DNA of 64,000 nucleotides from an uncultured Spirochaetota bacterium (GCA_963745235.1 CAVUXE010000097.1:1-64000); one strand, 5' to 3'; shown: positions 41,928-53,671, counted from the first letter of the stretch. Notes: generated from the letters alone by a model not told the origin. A program made the numbers and translations.

Positions 41928-42272
41928 TCAAGGTACTGAGGGCTGAAGCAAGGCGTCTATCCGGGCTGCCATGATGAAATCGTTCTGATGCAGTCCATCG
42001 ATGGCGTGAGTGAAGAGGGTGACGGTAAGCCTCCCCCAGGAGACAAGGAGGTCGGGATGGTGGCCCTGGCGCTCCGCGATCTCCGCGATCCGGTTCGCCA
42101 GCGCCATTGCCTGGGCGAAGTTCTTGAGCCTGACCTGTCGCTCGAGGTGATGTCCGCTGACGACCGCCCACTCCGGGGAGATCTGCCTGCGAAGCTCGTC
42201 GATTGCCTCCGGCCCCAGAGGCGGGACGCCGCCCCGGCAGGGGACGCAATTTCTTTCGGCCAATGCATCCAC
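41928..42272 (-). CDS. Pterin-4a-carbinolamine dehydratase
   Basis: CVPCRGG, GHHPDL, THAIDGL..NDFIMAARID. Confidence 0.9.
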   Translation of the reverse strand: MDALAERNCVPCRGGVPPLGPEAIDELRRQISPEWAVVSGHHLERQVRLKNFAQAMALANRIAEIAERQGHHPDLLVSWGRLTVTLFTHAIDGLHQNDFIMAARIDALLQPSVP

Positions 42273-42352
42273 AGCAACAATGTACGGCCATCCAGGGGCG
42301 CGAGGAAAGACGTTGTTGACTCACCGGCTGCCGGGTCGTAGTGTATCAACCC

Positions 42353-43405
42353 ATGCGGGAGAGCCGGCACATGGTTTTTCAGGGAGATGCAGTCGACCTG
42401 TCCTTCATTCCCGCTTCGTCGGTGGCCCTCGTCGTCACCTCTCCACCCTATCCGATGATCGCGATGTGGGACGAGCTCTTTCGCTCGCGGGATCCGGAGA
42501 TTGCAGCGGCCCTGGATGCCTGTGACGGGCTTGGGGCCTTCCGACTGATGCATGAGGATCTCGACAGGGCGTGGGAAGAGATCCACCGGGTCCTGTGCGA
42601 GGGCGGCTGGGCCTGCATCAACGTCGGGGATGCCACCCGCACGCTCGGCGGGCGTTTTCGGCTCTACCCCAACCATGCGCGCGTGCTCACCGCCTGCGCG
42701 GCGCTGGGATTCGACATTCTGCCCGCCGTACTGTGGCGCAAGCAGACCAATTCACCGAACAAGTTCATGGGCTCCGGCATGCTGCCCGCCGGCGCATACG
42801 TCACCCTTGAGCACGAGCACATCCTCCTGATGCGCAAAGGAGGCAAGCGCGATCTCGCGTCGGAGGACCAGAAGGCTGCCCGGAGGAAGAGCGCCATCTT
42901 CTGGGAGGAGCGCAACCGCTGGTTCTCCGACATCTGGGATTTCAAGGGCGCCCGACAGGACCTTTTCCACCGGGACACGCGGGGTCGCAGCGCTGCGTTT
43001 CCCTTCGAGCTTCCCTTCCGCATCATCAACATGTACTCGGTGCGCGGCGACACGGTGCTTGATCCTTTTGTCGGAACCGGCACGACAACCCTTGCAGCCA
43101 TGGCGAGCGGGCGCAACAGCATCGGGGTGGACATCGACCCCGGGCTGCTTCGCATCCTGGAGGCGGATGCCTGCAGCTCGGATGCGTTTCTCAACGGCTT
43201 CCTGCGGGAAAGAGCCGCGGCCCATGATCGGTTCGTGGAAGAGTACGAGCGTGACAGGGGACCTCTCCCTCATCGCAACCGGCCGCACGGCTTTCCCGTC
43301 ATGACGGTCCAGGAAGAAGAGCTGACGCTCCTGTCCATAGACCGGGTGAAGTCCGGCGAGGACGGCTCCCTCCAGGTCTTCTATCGGGAAGACTATGGCC
43401 GCTGA
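42353..43405 (+). CDS. Site-specific DNA methyltransferase (N4/N6, beta class), orphan
   Basis: VTSPPY catalytic motif precedes the VLDPFVGTGTT SAM-binding motif. Confidence 0.88.
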   Translation: MRESRHMVFQGDAVDLSFIPASSVALVVTSPPYPMIAMWDELFRSRDPEIAAALDACDGLGAFRLMHEDLDRAWEEIHRVLCEGGWACINVGDATRTLGGRFRLYPNHARVLTACAALGFDILPAVLWRKQTNSPNKFMGSGMLPAGAYVTLEHEHILLMRKGGKRDLASEDQKAARRKSAIFWEERNRWFSDIWDFKGARQDLFHRDTRGRSAAFPFELPFRIINMYSVRGDTVLDPFVGTGTTTLAAMASGRNSIGVDIDPGLLRILEADACSSDAFLNGFLRERAAAHDRFVEEYERDRGPLPHRNRPHGFPVMTVQEEELTLLSIDRVKSGEDGSLQVFYREDYGR

Positions 43406-44264
43406 TCGATGATGCGCAGGAACTCCGGCGGGGTCTCCTGATGGGGCAGGTGCCCCGCACCCGGGATGATTGCGAGCCGGCGCCGGGGTGCTTTGCCTGT
43501 GTGGCCCTCGCGGTTTCCACGGGGGCAATGTGGTCCTCGGCTCCCCAGACATACAGGGTTGGAATGTCGAGCTTCCGAGCGCGACGGGTGAGAAACCGTC
43601 CTTTGAAAAGAATCCATCGGACAAAGCCCCGAAAGAGCGAGAAATATGCCCGCATCTGCCTGGGGCTTGCCACGCGCTCGCCGACGCGGTCTCGCAGAAA
43701 ATCCCTCTCCGCAGCCGGCAGCGCATCCAGGTTGGCGTAGTAAGGCCGAAGAGATGCATACGCCGCCTCCAGGTCTCCCGCAAGCCTTCGATACCTGCTC
43801 TCTCCCACTCCCGGCACGAGCCCCAAGAGCATGCCGGCATCCAGCCGGGTCCTTTCGAGAAGCCCCCCGTCCACCAGGATGAGACGGGACACCAGGTGAG
43901 GGTCCGCAAGCGCAATCAGCTGGCAGAGGGCGGCTCCGAGAGAGCTTCCGACCAGGACCGCCCGCGTCATGCCCAGCAGCTGCATGAGCTCCTTCAGTAC
44001 GCCGACCAGGTAGCGCGGAGTGAGATGCACGCGCGGCGCGCGGGGGCTTCTGCCGAATCCGGGCAGGTCCGGCGCGACCACCCGGTAGCGTTCGGAGAGG
44101 GAGGGCAGGACGCGACGCCATGTGTCCGCTTCGTCTCCCAGCCCGTGCACCAGGACCATGCCCGGCGCGTTGCGTACGCCGGCATCATAGCAGAACAGGC
44201 GCTGGCCGGAACCGGGGAGGGTGAGCGTACGGGCGTACGGATCCAACGCGGGGGGGATGCGCAT
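43393..44264 (-). CDS. Alpha/beta hydrolase, frameshift near 43480
   Basis: VHGLGD, PDLPGFG, GSSLG nucleophile, WGAED; the shifted frame gives GAGHLPHQE. Confidence 0.85.
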
Positions 44265-44389
44265 GAGGGGCACGATAGGCGCTTCGGCGCCTTCGATCAA
44301 GTGAGGACGGTCTGAGCGAACCGTTTGCCGGACTTGAAATGGCAGGCGCGGACGACTGATAATCGCGCGAAATCTTACAAGGAGCATGC

Positions 44390-45295
44390 ATGAAATCCAG
44401 CAGGGAAATAGTCAATCGGGCTTCAGAGCTCGGCATCGCGCTGCCCGCGTTCAACATCCCTTTTCCTCCGATGATGAAGGCAGTGGTACGGGCAGTTGCG
44501 GACGAGGATTCCTTCGCCCTTGTCGAGGTGGCGCGCATCGAGTGGCTTACCTTCGAGATCGAAGGCATGGAGCGCTTCATGGAGGAGTACCGCGCGTGCG
44601 CTGAGCCGGGGCACGTGAGGACCCACCTGGACCACATCCCCGTGCTCGACGAGGAAGGCCGTTCGGTCGAATACCGGCCTTTCATCGAAAAGGCCATCGA
44701 GCTGGGCTTCGATTCCGTGATGATCGACGGGTCGCATCTCCCCCTGGAGCAGAACATCGCGGCCACGCGGGAGATCGCGGCGCTTGCCCATTCGGCCTCC
44801 CTTCCCTGCGAAGCGGAGCTCGGCGCCATCCTGCGTTTCGGCGCGGGACGCGTGCCGCCGTATGAAGAGCTGTTCGCGTCCGGGGCGGGCTTCACGAAAG
44901 TGGATGAAGCGGTGCGGTTTGTGCGGGAGACGGGATGCGACTGGCTGTCCGTGTCCATCGGCAATATCCACGGCGCGGTGGTGGCAGCGCTCCGCGACAA
45001 GCCGAAAGGGGAGTCGCGCCTGAACCTCGAGCACCTGGAAACTCTCCACAAGGCAACGGGGGTCCCCATCGTCCTGCACGGCGGCTCGGGAGTAAGGCAT
45101 GAGGACGTGCTGGCCGGCATGAAGCGAGGGATCGCGAAGGTCAACGTCGGGTTCGAGATCCGAAAGGCGTACGAGGACGCCCTGAAATCCTCAGGGAGCG
45201 TGGAGACTGCCGGGGAAAGCGTCTACAGGCGCACCCGTTCACTCCTGAAGGACTATTTCAGGATCTCCGGCATCTCGAGGTCCATCCTGTCGTGA
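44390..45295 (+). CDS. Class II fructose/tagatose-bisphosphate aldolase
   Basis: HLDH, SVMIDGS, EAELG, IGNIHG, VLHGGSG, KVN. Confidence 0.92.
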   Translation: MKSSREIVNRASELGIALPAFNIPFPPMMKAVVRAVADEDSFALVEVARIEWLTFEIEGMERFMEEYRACAEPGHVRTHLDHIPVLDEEGRSVEYRPFIEKAIELGFDSVMIDGSHLPLEQNIAATREIAALAHSASLPCEAELGAILRFGAGRVPPYEELFASGAGFTKVDEAVRFVRETGCDWLSVSIGNIHGAVVAALRDKPKGESRLNLEHLETLHKATGVPIVLHGGSGVRHEDVLAGMKRGIAKVNVGFEIRKAYEDALKSSGSVETAGESVYRRTRSLLKDYFRISGISRSILS

Positions 45296-46793
45296 GCCTT
45301 CTCGGAATCGACATCGGCACCACGGGCTGCAAGGCCGCAGTATTCACCCCCGCGGGCAAGCCCCTTTCCCTCGCCTACCAGGAGTATGACGTTCGAAGCG
45401 CGACGCCCGGGCGGGCGGAGCTGGACCCCGGTGACGTGTGGGCCAAGATCCTGAAGGTGATCAGGGAAGCGGCAAAAGGCGCGGAAGGGGATCCCATCCA
45501 GGCCCTTTCGGTCTCCTCCCTGGGGGAGGCAGTTGTCCCGGTCGGGAAGGATCGCTCCATCCTGGGGCCGTCCATTCTCAACTTCGACGCGCGCGGGGCG
45601 GAATACATCGACGGCCTGCGGAAGAAGCTGGATCCCCGGGAGCTGTACCGCGTCAACGGCAACCCGCTGGAGAACTCGTACACGCTCCCCAAGCTCATGT
45701 GGATCCGGGACCGGGAGCCCCGGCAGTATGAGCGCGCCTTCAAGTTCCTGCACTGGGGCAGCTTCGTCACCTTCATGCTCGGAGCGGAGCCTGCAATCGA
45801 CTATTCCCTTGCAAACCGGTCCCTGCTGTTCGACATGGATGGCTGCTGCTGGTCGGATTCCATCGCGCGCGCCGCGGGGATCGAGACGGACAAGCTGCCG
45901 GCCCCCGTCCCGTCGGCGAAGGTGCTGGGCCGCGTTTCCCATGAGGCGGCGCGGCTGGCAGGGCTTCCGCCGGGGACGTTGATCGTCTCCGGCGCGCACG
46001 ACCAATGCTCGAACGCCGTTGGCGCAGGCGTTGTCTCCGAGCGGGTCGCGATGTGCGGCATGGGCAGCTACCTGTGCGTGGTCCCCGTATTCAGCAAGCG
46101 GCCCGGAGCCCGCTGCCATGCTGGCCCGGGGCCTGAACACGGAACACCACGCGGCTCCGGGGCGGTATGTGAGCTTCCTGTACACGCGGGGAGGCTCGCT
46201 CGTCAAATGGTTTCGCGACACTTTCGCCCGCGCGGATCGAGACCTCGCGGCGCAGAAGGGGCAGGACATCTACGAGCTTCTCCTGGCGGAGATGCCTTCC
46301 CGACCGAGCAGCATCCTGGTGGTTCCCCGGTTCGCCCCCATGGGGCCGCCTGACTTCGCCGCGGATGCCGCGGGGGTGTTTGCCCGGGATGACGCTGGAG
46401 ACGACGCGCGGAGACATCCTCCGCGGCATCATCGAGGGAACGCTGTTTCACATCCGGGACCTTGTGGACAGTATTGGGGAAGCCGGGGTGCAGATCGACG
46501 AGCTTCGAGCGGTGGGCGGCGGCAGCAAGTCCACCGCGTGGGTCGAGATGTGCGCGGACATCCTGGGCAGGCCCGTGGGGCGCCCGCGTGTGACGGAGGC
46601 CGGCTGCCTGGGGGCGGCCATCATGGCAGGCATCGGCAGCGGCGCTTTTTCGGGGTTCTCCGACGGCGTGCAGGCCATGGTTTCAGTCGGAGACAGGATT
46701 GAGCCTGACAGCGGCCGCCAGCGCGCCTACGAAACGGTCCACGGCCGACACGGGAAGCTCTGGCCGCTTCTCAAGGACTTTCTGAGAGGTTGA
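45292..46793 (+). CDS. FGGY family carbohydrate kinase, two frameshifts (about 46110 and 46380)
   Basis: LGIDIGTTGCK, GAHDQ, GGGSKS spread over three consecutive frames. Confidence 0.85.
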
Positions 46794-46827
46794 GACGCCG
46801 AGAGAGATCATGTCATACTTTCATCTC

Positions 46828-48121
46828 ATGAGTGAGTCCAGCACGGGGCGTTTTCCTGCGGGGTTCCGCCGGTTGGATATCGGCGCGCGGCGTGAAGCGC
46901 TGCGAAAGACGTTTGCTTTTTCAAGCGACGAATGGGATTCCATTTCCTGCGCACCGGAGCTCTTTCCCCTCCTGGACGTCATGGTGGAGTCCGCCGTCGG
47001 CTGTGTTCCCGTGCCTCTCGGCATTGCAGACGGATTTCTGATCGACGGACAGGAGGTCTCCATCCCCATGGCAGTGGAAGAGCCGTCCGTGATCACCGCG
47101 GCCTCCTTCGGCGCCCGCCTCGTGCGGGGAGACGGGGGCTTTCAGCTCATGGGCATCCGATCCGCTGATGACGGCGCAGGTCTTCCTGGAAGGAGTCACC
47201 GCGGAGGGCGAAAAGGCCCTGGCCGGTTGTGACGGCCAGCTGCGCCAGGAGCTTTCCGGTCCGCTCGCCTCGCTTTCGCGCAGGGGCGGAGGCTACCGGT
47301 CATTTCAGCTGGCGCGCCTGCCTTCGGGAACGCTGAGGGTGGACATGGTGATCGACGTGCGCGACGCCCTGGGTGCCAATCGTCTCAACACGGCTGCTGA
47401 GAGCGTCAGCCCTCTCCTGGAGCGCATCAGCGGCGGTCGAAGGCTCATGGCAATCCTCACCAACGCCGCCGCCCAGAGGCTTGCCGGTGCCAGGTTCTCC
47501 ATCCCCGTGGACCGGCTGGCCCACGGGCTTCCTGCCGGGATGAGCGGCCCGGAGGCGGCCCGCAGGATCGCCGCGGCGTCGGTGATCGCGCAGGAGGACC
47601 CCTCGCGGGCGGTCACCCACAACAAGGGGATCATGAACGGGATTGCAAGCCTGGCCCTCGCGACAATGAACGACACGCGGGCGGCGGAAGCGGCGGCCCA
47701 TCTCTGGGCGGCCAGGGACGGCCGTTATCGCGGCCTGAGCACCTACAGCACGGACGGCCGGACCCTGAGCGGAGAAATCGAGCTGCCGGTTGCCCTGGCC
47801 AGCGTGGGCGGATCGGTGGAGCTCCACCCCGCGAGCCGCGCGGCACTTCGGGTCCTTGGAAACCCGGACGCCAGGCGCCTTTCGCGCATCGCGGCTGCCC
47901 TTGGCCTGGCCCAGAACCTTGCGGCGGTTCTTGCGCTGGTGACGCACGGCATTCAGAAAGGGCACATGAAGTATCATGCGGCCCGCCTGGCCTACCAGGC
48001 AGGTGCCCGGGGCGAGGAAGCCAGGCGCCTTGCCGCGGAGCTTGCCGCCTCTGGCGCCGCGGACCTTCCGTCCGCGCAGGCCCTTCTCCTGGACCTCCGC
48101 GCGCAGAAGGACAGAAGCTGA
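46828..48121 (+). CDS. mvaA: Class II HMG-CoA reductase, frameshift near 47145
   Basis: PMAVEEPSV, DALGAN, RAVTHNKGIMNGI, NDTRA, GLAQN, GIQKGHM. Confidence 0.92.
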
Positions 48122-49091
48122 ATGAGCTCGTGGGTGGCGTGCCGGGCGTCGCCGAGCCTCGCCCTTCTGAAGTACTGGGGCAAGCAGGAGGCCGGCGACA
48201 ATCTCCCCGCCACACCGAGCCTGGCCGTCACCCTGGGCGGATTGTATACCGACACATCGGTGCGCCTCGCGGAAAAGGATTCCCTTGTTGTCGGGGGAGC
48301 GCCCCAGGACCCGGGCCGCTCCGAGCGCTTCTTTGATTGCCTCAGGTCGCGGCTGGAAGTCTCGCACCGGTTTGAAGCCTCCAGCGTCAACTCTTTTCCG
48401 ACCGCGGCCGGCCTTGCCAGCTCTTCCTCGGGTTTCGCGGCGCTGGCTGCCGCGTGCGCCCGGGCGGCTGGCAGGGAAGTCCCGCTGGAGGACCTTTCGG
48501 CAATCGCCAGGATCGGCTCAGTCTCCGCCGCGCGTTCGGTGTTCGGGGGGTTTGTTCTCCTTCCCGCCGGGGCTCACTCGGCGCGCCAGGTCTTTGACGC
48601 TTCTCACTGGCCTGACCTTCGGATCGTGGCGGCCGTCACCCGTCGCGGCTCCAAGCCTGTGTCGTCGCGTGATGCGATGCGGGAGACGAGTGAAAGGTCC
48701 CCTTTCTACAGGGACTGGGTCTCGCATTCGCAGGCCCTGCTTCCAGGAGGCGCTTCAGGCGCTGGAGAAACGCGACCTGGAAAAGCTGGGCGATGTTGTC
48801 CGCGCCAGCTACAGCATGATGCACGCGGTCATGCTTGCCTCCCGGCCTCCCATCCTCTACTGGCTCCCGGCAACTCTCGCCGTCATCCGCGCCTGCGGGG
48901 AGCTGCGGGCCCGAGGCGTCGGCGCCTGGGAGACCGTGGATGCCGGGCCGCAGGTGAAGATACTTTGCGCGGTCCAGGATGCCGAGCTGGTGACCAGGCA
49001 CGTGACGGAGAGTGCGCCAGGAACTGAAACCATCCTGTGCTTCCCCGGTGACGGCATCCAGCCGGCCTTCGCCGCGGACAGCGCGTCGTGA
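48122..49091 (+). CDS. mvaD: Diphosphomevalonate decarboxylase, frameshift near 48745
   Basis: ALLKYWGK, FPTAAGLASSSSG, ARIGSVSAARS, TVDAGPQVK. Confidence 0.9.
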
Positions 49092-50017
49092 AAGTGAGCG
49101 TTCCCGGGAACATATTGCTACTCGGGGAATATGCAGTGCTGGAAGAAGGGGGTCTGGGCGCGGCCCTTGCGGTGGAAAGGCGGGTTCATCTGGAGGCCGA
49201 GCTGGCGCAAAGTCTTTCCGTCGAAGGAGTCTGGCCCGGTGGCTCATTCAGGTGGACGCCTCGCAATGAGTCGGCAAGCCCCCTGGCGTCTGCTGTGTTC
49301 GCAGCGGTGCAGGATTGGCTGCAAGAGCGGGGTCAGCAGCGGCGGGTTCCGGCGCTGCGAATCCGAATCGACTCCTCCGAGCTGTTCTCTGGCGAAGGGA
49401 GGAAGACGGGGTTCGGGTCCAGCGCGGCCGTGGCGGTCGCGTTGGCGGCAGCGCTCTGCCGGATGGACGAGGCAACGCCCCGGCTTGCCCTGGCCGGCCA
49501 TCGGGCCGCGCAAGGGGGCGCAGGCAGCGGGTACGATGTGTATTGCTCGTACTACGGCGGATGGGGAATGTTTCAAGGAGGCGCACAACCGTCGTGGGAG
49601 CCGTGTGAACCCGCCACGGGCGCGAGGCTCCATCTGTTCCCAGGTCCCGCTCTCGTTTCCACGAGAAATGCAATTCAATCATTTTATCAATGGAAGAATC
49701 GGGAAGACGGGCTGACGCAACGGCTCGTTGAGCAATCCAACGCCAACGTCAAGGCTTTCCTGGCTGCCCGCAGCGGTCGCGAAGCCGCCGCGGCATTCCA
49801 GAAAGCCCGGGAGACGGGCATTGCCATGGGGGATGCCATTGGCATAGAGGCGCGCATCCGGGCTCCAGTCGGGGTGGATCCCGACATGTGCAAGTCCCTT
49901 GGCGCCGGCAACGAGCTCGGCGTGTACCTGCAGCTGCCTGGCGCGCCCGCGCCCCCGGCGGAGTCAGGGCTCATCGACGTGGGAAAAGCAGCGTGCGGGA
50001 TAACGTGGACGCCATAG
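49088..50017 (+). CDS. Phosphomevalonate kinase (GHMP family)
   Basis: PGNILLLGEYAVL, KTGFGSSAA, QGGAGSGYD, KSLGAG; lies between mvaD and mevalonate kinase. Confidence 0.85.
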   Translation: MKVSVPGNILLLGEYAVLEEGGLGAALAVERRVHLEAELAQSLSVEGVWPGGSFRWTPRNESASPLASAVFAAVQDWLQERGQQRRVPALRIRIDSSELFSGEGRKTGFGSSAAVAVALAAALCRMDEATPRLALAGHRAAQGGAGSGYDVYCSYYGGWGMFQGGAQPSWEPCEPATGARLHLFPGPALVSTRNAIQSFYQWKNREDGLTQRLVEQSNANVKAFLAARSGREAAAAFQKARETGIAMGDAIGIEARIRAPVGVDPDMCKSLGAGNELGVYLQLPGAPAPPAESGLIDVGKAACGITWTP

Positions 50018-50973
50018 GCACGGGGTCCGGCAAGCTGATCCTCTTCGGCGAGCATGCCGTGGTCTTTGGGTACCCGGGCATCGGCATCCCGCTCCCGGAA
50101 AGCACCACGGCAGTCATCCATGGCCCGCGCGCCGCGGCGTGGGACCTGGAAGAAATCCCCTTCGAAGACCGGCGCGTGGTCCAGGGTCTCCTTGACACGC
50201 TGGAGGGGCTTCTGCCGGAGCTGGTGTCGGGCGGCAGGCGGGCAATCCGCATCCAGTCTTCCGTGCCGCGGGGGGTCGGGCTGGGGAGCTCAGCGGCCCT
50301 CTGCGCGGCGATGGCCGCGGCCGCGCTCGCCGTGGGTGGCGAGAACGGGTCTGGGGCGGACGTTGCCCGCACGTGGCAGCTTGCGCATGAGCTGGAACGC
50401 GGTTTCCATGGGACCCCTTCGGGCATCGATACAGGGCTTTCGCTGCTCAAGGGATTGACCGCGTTTTCACCGAAGCCGCCGGCGCTTCCCGCATGGGAGC
50501 CCCTCCCGTGCGCGCCGTTGTGGCTTGTTGTCGGGGCGCTGCCGCGCTCCGGGGACAGCGCTTCGCTGATTCAGGGCATAGGCAGGCGCGCGCGAAGAGG
50601 AGAGCAGGATGTTCGCGAATCCCTCTCCGCCCTGGGAAGGATTGCAGGTGAAGCGAGGGAGCGCCTCGCTGGCTCAAGTCCGGCCGCCCGCACGAGCACG
50701 GCAGCCCGCATCGGCCAACTCGCTGACAAGGCCATGGATGTGCTTCGGGGCCTGGGGCTGAGTCATCCGTCACTCGACGACCTTCTTGGAGAAGGGATTG
50801 CATCCGGCGCCCTGGGAGGGAAACTGAGCGGGGCTGGGGGGGGCGGAGCGTTTTTTCTTGTGTGCGGAGACGCCCCGACAGCGCGGCAGATTGCTGTGCG
50901 GCTCCAGCGGGAAGCCGGCCGTCGCGGGATCAGCCTTGCCTCGGTTCCGCGCGCTCTGTGCGTGACCGGCTGA
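50005..50973 (+). CDS. mvk: Mevalonate kinase
   Basis: GKLILFGEHAVV, PRGVGLGSSAA, HGTPSGID, KLSGAGGGG. Confidence 0.9.
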   Translation: MDAIGTGSGKLILFGEHAVVFGYPGIGIPLPESTTAVIHGPRAAAWDLEEIPFEDRRVVQGLLDTLEGLLPELVSGGRRAIRIQSSVPRGVGLGSSAALCAAMAAAALAVGGENGSGADVARTWQLAHELERGFHGTPSGIDTGLSLLKGLTAFSPKPPALPAWEPLPCAPLWLVVGALPRSGDSASLIQGIGRRARRGEQDVRESLSALGRIAGEARERLAGSSPAARTSTAARIGQLADKAMDVLRGLGLSHPSLDDLLGEGIASGALGGKLSGAGGGGAFFLVCGDAPTARQIAVRLQREAGRRGISLASVPRALCVTG

Positions 50974-50988
50974 GCATCACGCGGACTA

Positions 50989-52099
50989 TCAGCCTCGGGC
51001 GAACGCCTCCGCCCTGAGGAACGCGTTGAGCTCCGCGGTGAACGCCGGCTCCCGCCAGGTTGACGCCCGGCGAAGCCCCGGGATGTCCTGCGAGCCGGTG
51101 AGAAGCATCGTGGAGCGCAGCGCCTTCTCGAGCCTCCGAAAGAAGCTGATCACGGCTTCCGCCCCTCCCGCGGCCGCCTCCCTGATCACGGGGAGGGCGA
51201 AACCGACCAGCTGCGCGCCCATGGCAATGGCCTTTGCGGCATCCACTCCGCTGCGTACGCCACCGGACGCGAGCAGACGGATCTGCATGCCGCCGAAAGA
51301 GGCAAGGAGCACGGCCGTGGGGATCCCCCACCCGGCAAACTGCGCCGCGGCGGCCATGTCGGCTTCCGGGAGACGGTAGGATTCGACCAGGATCCAGTTG
51401 GTGCCGCCCGGCACCGGCGAGGTCCACATACGCCGCGCCTGCGCTGAGGAGCTCCCGGACCAGGTGCGGCGCAATGCCGAAACCCGTTTCCTTGACGATC
51501 ACCGGCACGGGAGACTCCTCGCACACGCGCCCGATGGCCTCTTTCAATCCACGGAAGTCCCTGTCCCCCTCGGGCTGGAAAAGCTCCTGACCCGGGTTCG
51601 TGTGGATGACCAGGGCCTGGGCTTCCAGGCGCTTGAGCAGCTCGTAGAGGGGAGGTCGCTCCAGATCCCTGATCTGGACCGCGCCGATGTTCGCCATGAG
51701 GGGAACACTGGGTGCAAGCGGTTTCATGTTGAAATGGGGAAAAAGCTCGGGGTTCTCCACGAGCACCCGCATGGAGCCCAGGCCAACCGGAATCCCCAGG
51801 GCTTCCGCCGCCCGCGCCAGCTCCTTGTTCGCGCGAAAGCCTCCCGCGGAGCCGCCTGTCATGCAGGAAATGAAGAAGGGCAGCTTGACGTGGTGCCCGA
51901 GAAAATCCGTGGCAGTGTCGAGCTCGGCCTCGTTCAGCTCAGGGAGGGCGATGTGGACAAACCGCAGACCCTCGAATCCGCCGCCCCGTCCCTCAATGGA
52001 GTATCGGGACGGGTCGGTGCAGATCTCCAGGTGCCCCGCCTTCCTCGACGTGGTCTCCCGGCTCCTTTTCCCCTGTGAACGCGTATTCACGGTATCCAT
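50989..52099 (-). CDS. fni: Type 2 isopentenyl-diphosphate delta-isomerase, frameshift near 51410
   Basis: RKAGHL, SCMTGG, NIGA, QELFQPEGD, VKETGFG, GGTNW, WGIPT, ASGGVR. Confidence 0.92.
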
Positions 52100-53355
52100 C
52101 CTTCCGTATTCCGTTCAGCACGAATGCTCCGGACGGCGGCTTGGCATGGGAAAGAAGCTCGGCATACAGCTCCGGCTGGGCTGGGCCGGCTATCCAGGCC
52201 TCGTACTCCTCGAAGCCCGCCCGCCGGGCCGAATCCAGCACCCGGTCAAGGCCCCACCGGGAGATGACCTTCGGCGCCTCCGGGGCCACGCGGCCGGCGA
52301 AGACGACCATGGTGTTGCCGCTCCCGTAGGAGGCGAAGAGGAGACGCTTGCCGACAATGCCCTCCCCCAGGGCCTGGTACCTTTCCTGGAGAAGGAACGC
52401 AAGCACGGCGAACAGGGAGCCATTGTAGATGTTGCCGATCCGCCCCAGAGGATCCACGCCGGATGCAAAGCTCTTCTCCTCAAGGAAGGCCTTTGACCGG
52501 GCGGCGTCGAACCCAAGGACGCGCTCCAGGAGCTTCTGCAAGGCGGTTTCCGGCATGCGGCGGAAGGGAGTGTGCAGGATGAAATAGTCAGTGGACAGGA
52601 GCGCCTCATCCGGCTTCTCACCGGACTGTGCGCAATAGTCATGGAAAGCGTCCAGGAGGCTTTCCCAGTAGCACTTCATTGAATAGCTTCCGTTCACCCG
52701 CGCGGTTATGGACCCCAGCGGGCGGAAGAAGTCATCCACGTCCCGGGAGCAGAAGCCAAGGTTCGCAATATCGAGCTCCACCAACCGAGGCGCGGCCTCC
52801 ACAAGCAGCGCCACGGCGCCGGCGCCCTGCGTGATCTCCGCCGTTGACTTGGTTTCGTATCGCGCTATGTCGGTGCTGAGCACAAGCCCGGAATCCCCCT
52901 GCCTGGCCGGCGGCGGCAAGCAGGCTCGCCACGCTGAGAAGGCCAAAGGTGCCGCCCGCGCAGGCGTGCTGCGTCTGGAAGCTGGAAAGAGAGGTCGGAA
53001 GGGAAAGCCCGGCCTTCTGGAGCATGCCCTGGACATAGGCGGAGACAGGCTTTGAATGGTCAACGCCGGTCTCGGTTCCCACAATCAGGTGTCGAAGGGA
53101 TGCGGTATCGAGGGAAGGATTCCTGGTGATCAGCTCGAAGGCTGAGCGCGCGGCCAGCGTTGCGCTGTCCTCCCAGATCTCGGGGAACCGGAACGCTGAC
53201 TGGCCTGTGACCCGGCCCGCCCGCTCGAGGTGCCTGTCGAGCATGGGGTTCTCGCTGACCCGCCGCTCAATGAGCGCTTCGACATCCATCTCAGGAGGAG
53301 GGACATAGAGCCCCATGTCGCTGATGCCAACGGTTCTGTCCTGCCTGCTTTTCAC
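51993..53355 (-). CDS. mvaS: HMG-CoA synthase, frameshift near 52895
   Basis: VGTETGVDHSK, QHACAGG catalytic Cys, DIARY, TQGAGAVA, DFFRP, HTPF, GNIYNGS, SYGSG. Confidence 0.92.
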
Positions 53356-53531
53356 TTGCAACCCTCCGATGAACGCCTGCTCGGCAAACGCAGCGCGGGT
53401 AAGGAAGCGAGCATGCGCTCCATGGGTGGATACTGACGCTTCCTTTTCCTTGTCCCCGTCAAATCGTGTCCTTCCCAAATATACATGCTTTGCGCCTTGA
53501 CCGAAACTATCGGTCCGGGCTCACTGTTATT

Positions 53532-53548
53532 TGCAAGAAAGGTGCCAA
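53532..53548 (-). promoter_or_regulatory. Sigma-54 promoter upstream of mvaS-fni
   Basis: Minus strand TTGGCACCTTTCTTGCA; AT-rich IHF-like boxes (TCAAnnnnTTG) at 53568-53597. Confidence 0.7.
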
Positions 53549-53671
53549 GATCAGGCGTGAGTGTATATTTCAATTGATTGTATTGCAAGTAATTGAAGAA
53601 CATGATGGCCGTCAACCGGGAAAATCGCCTCTTCGTCTGCTTTTGTGTTATCTGCTTTCTGATTTTCATAA

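Noticed and set aside
46828-53355. Mevalonate genes as pseudogenes
   Set aside because: Only single indels with intact active sites, the same pattern seen across the window.
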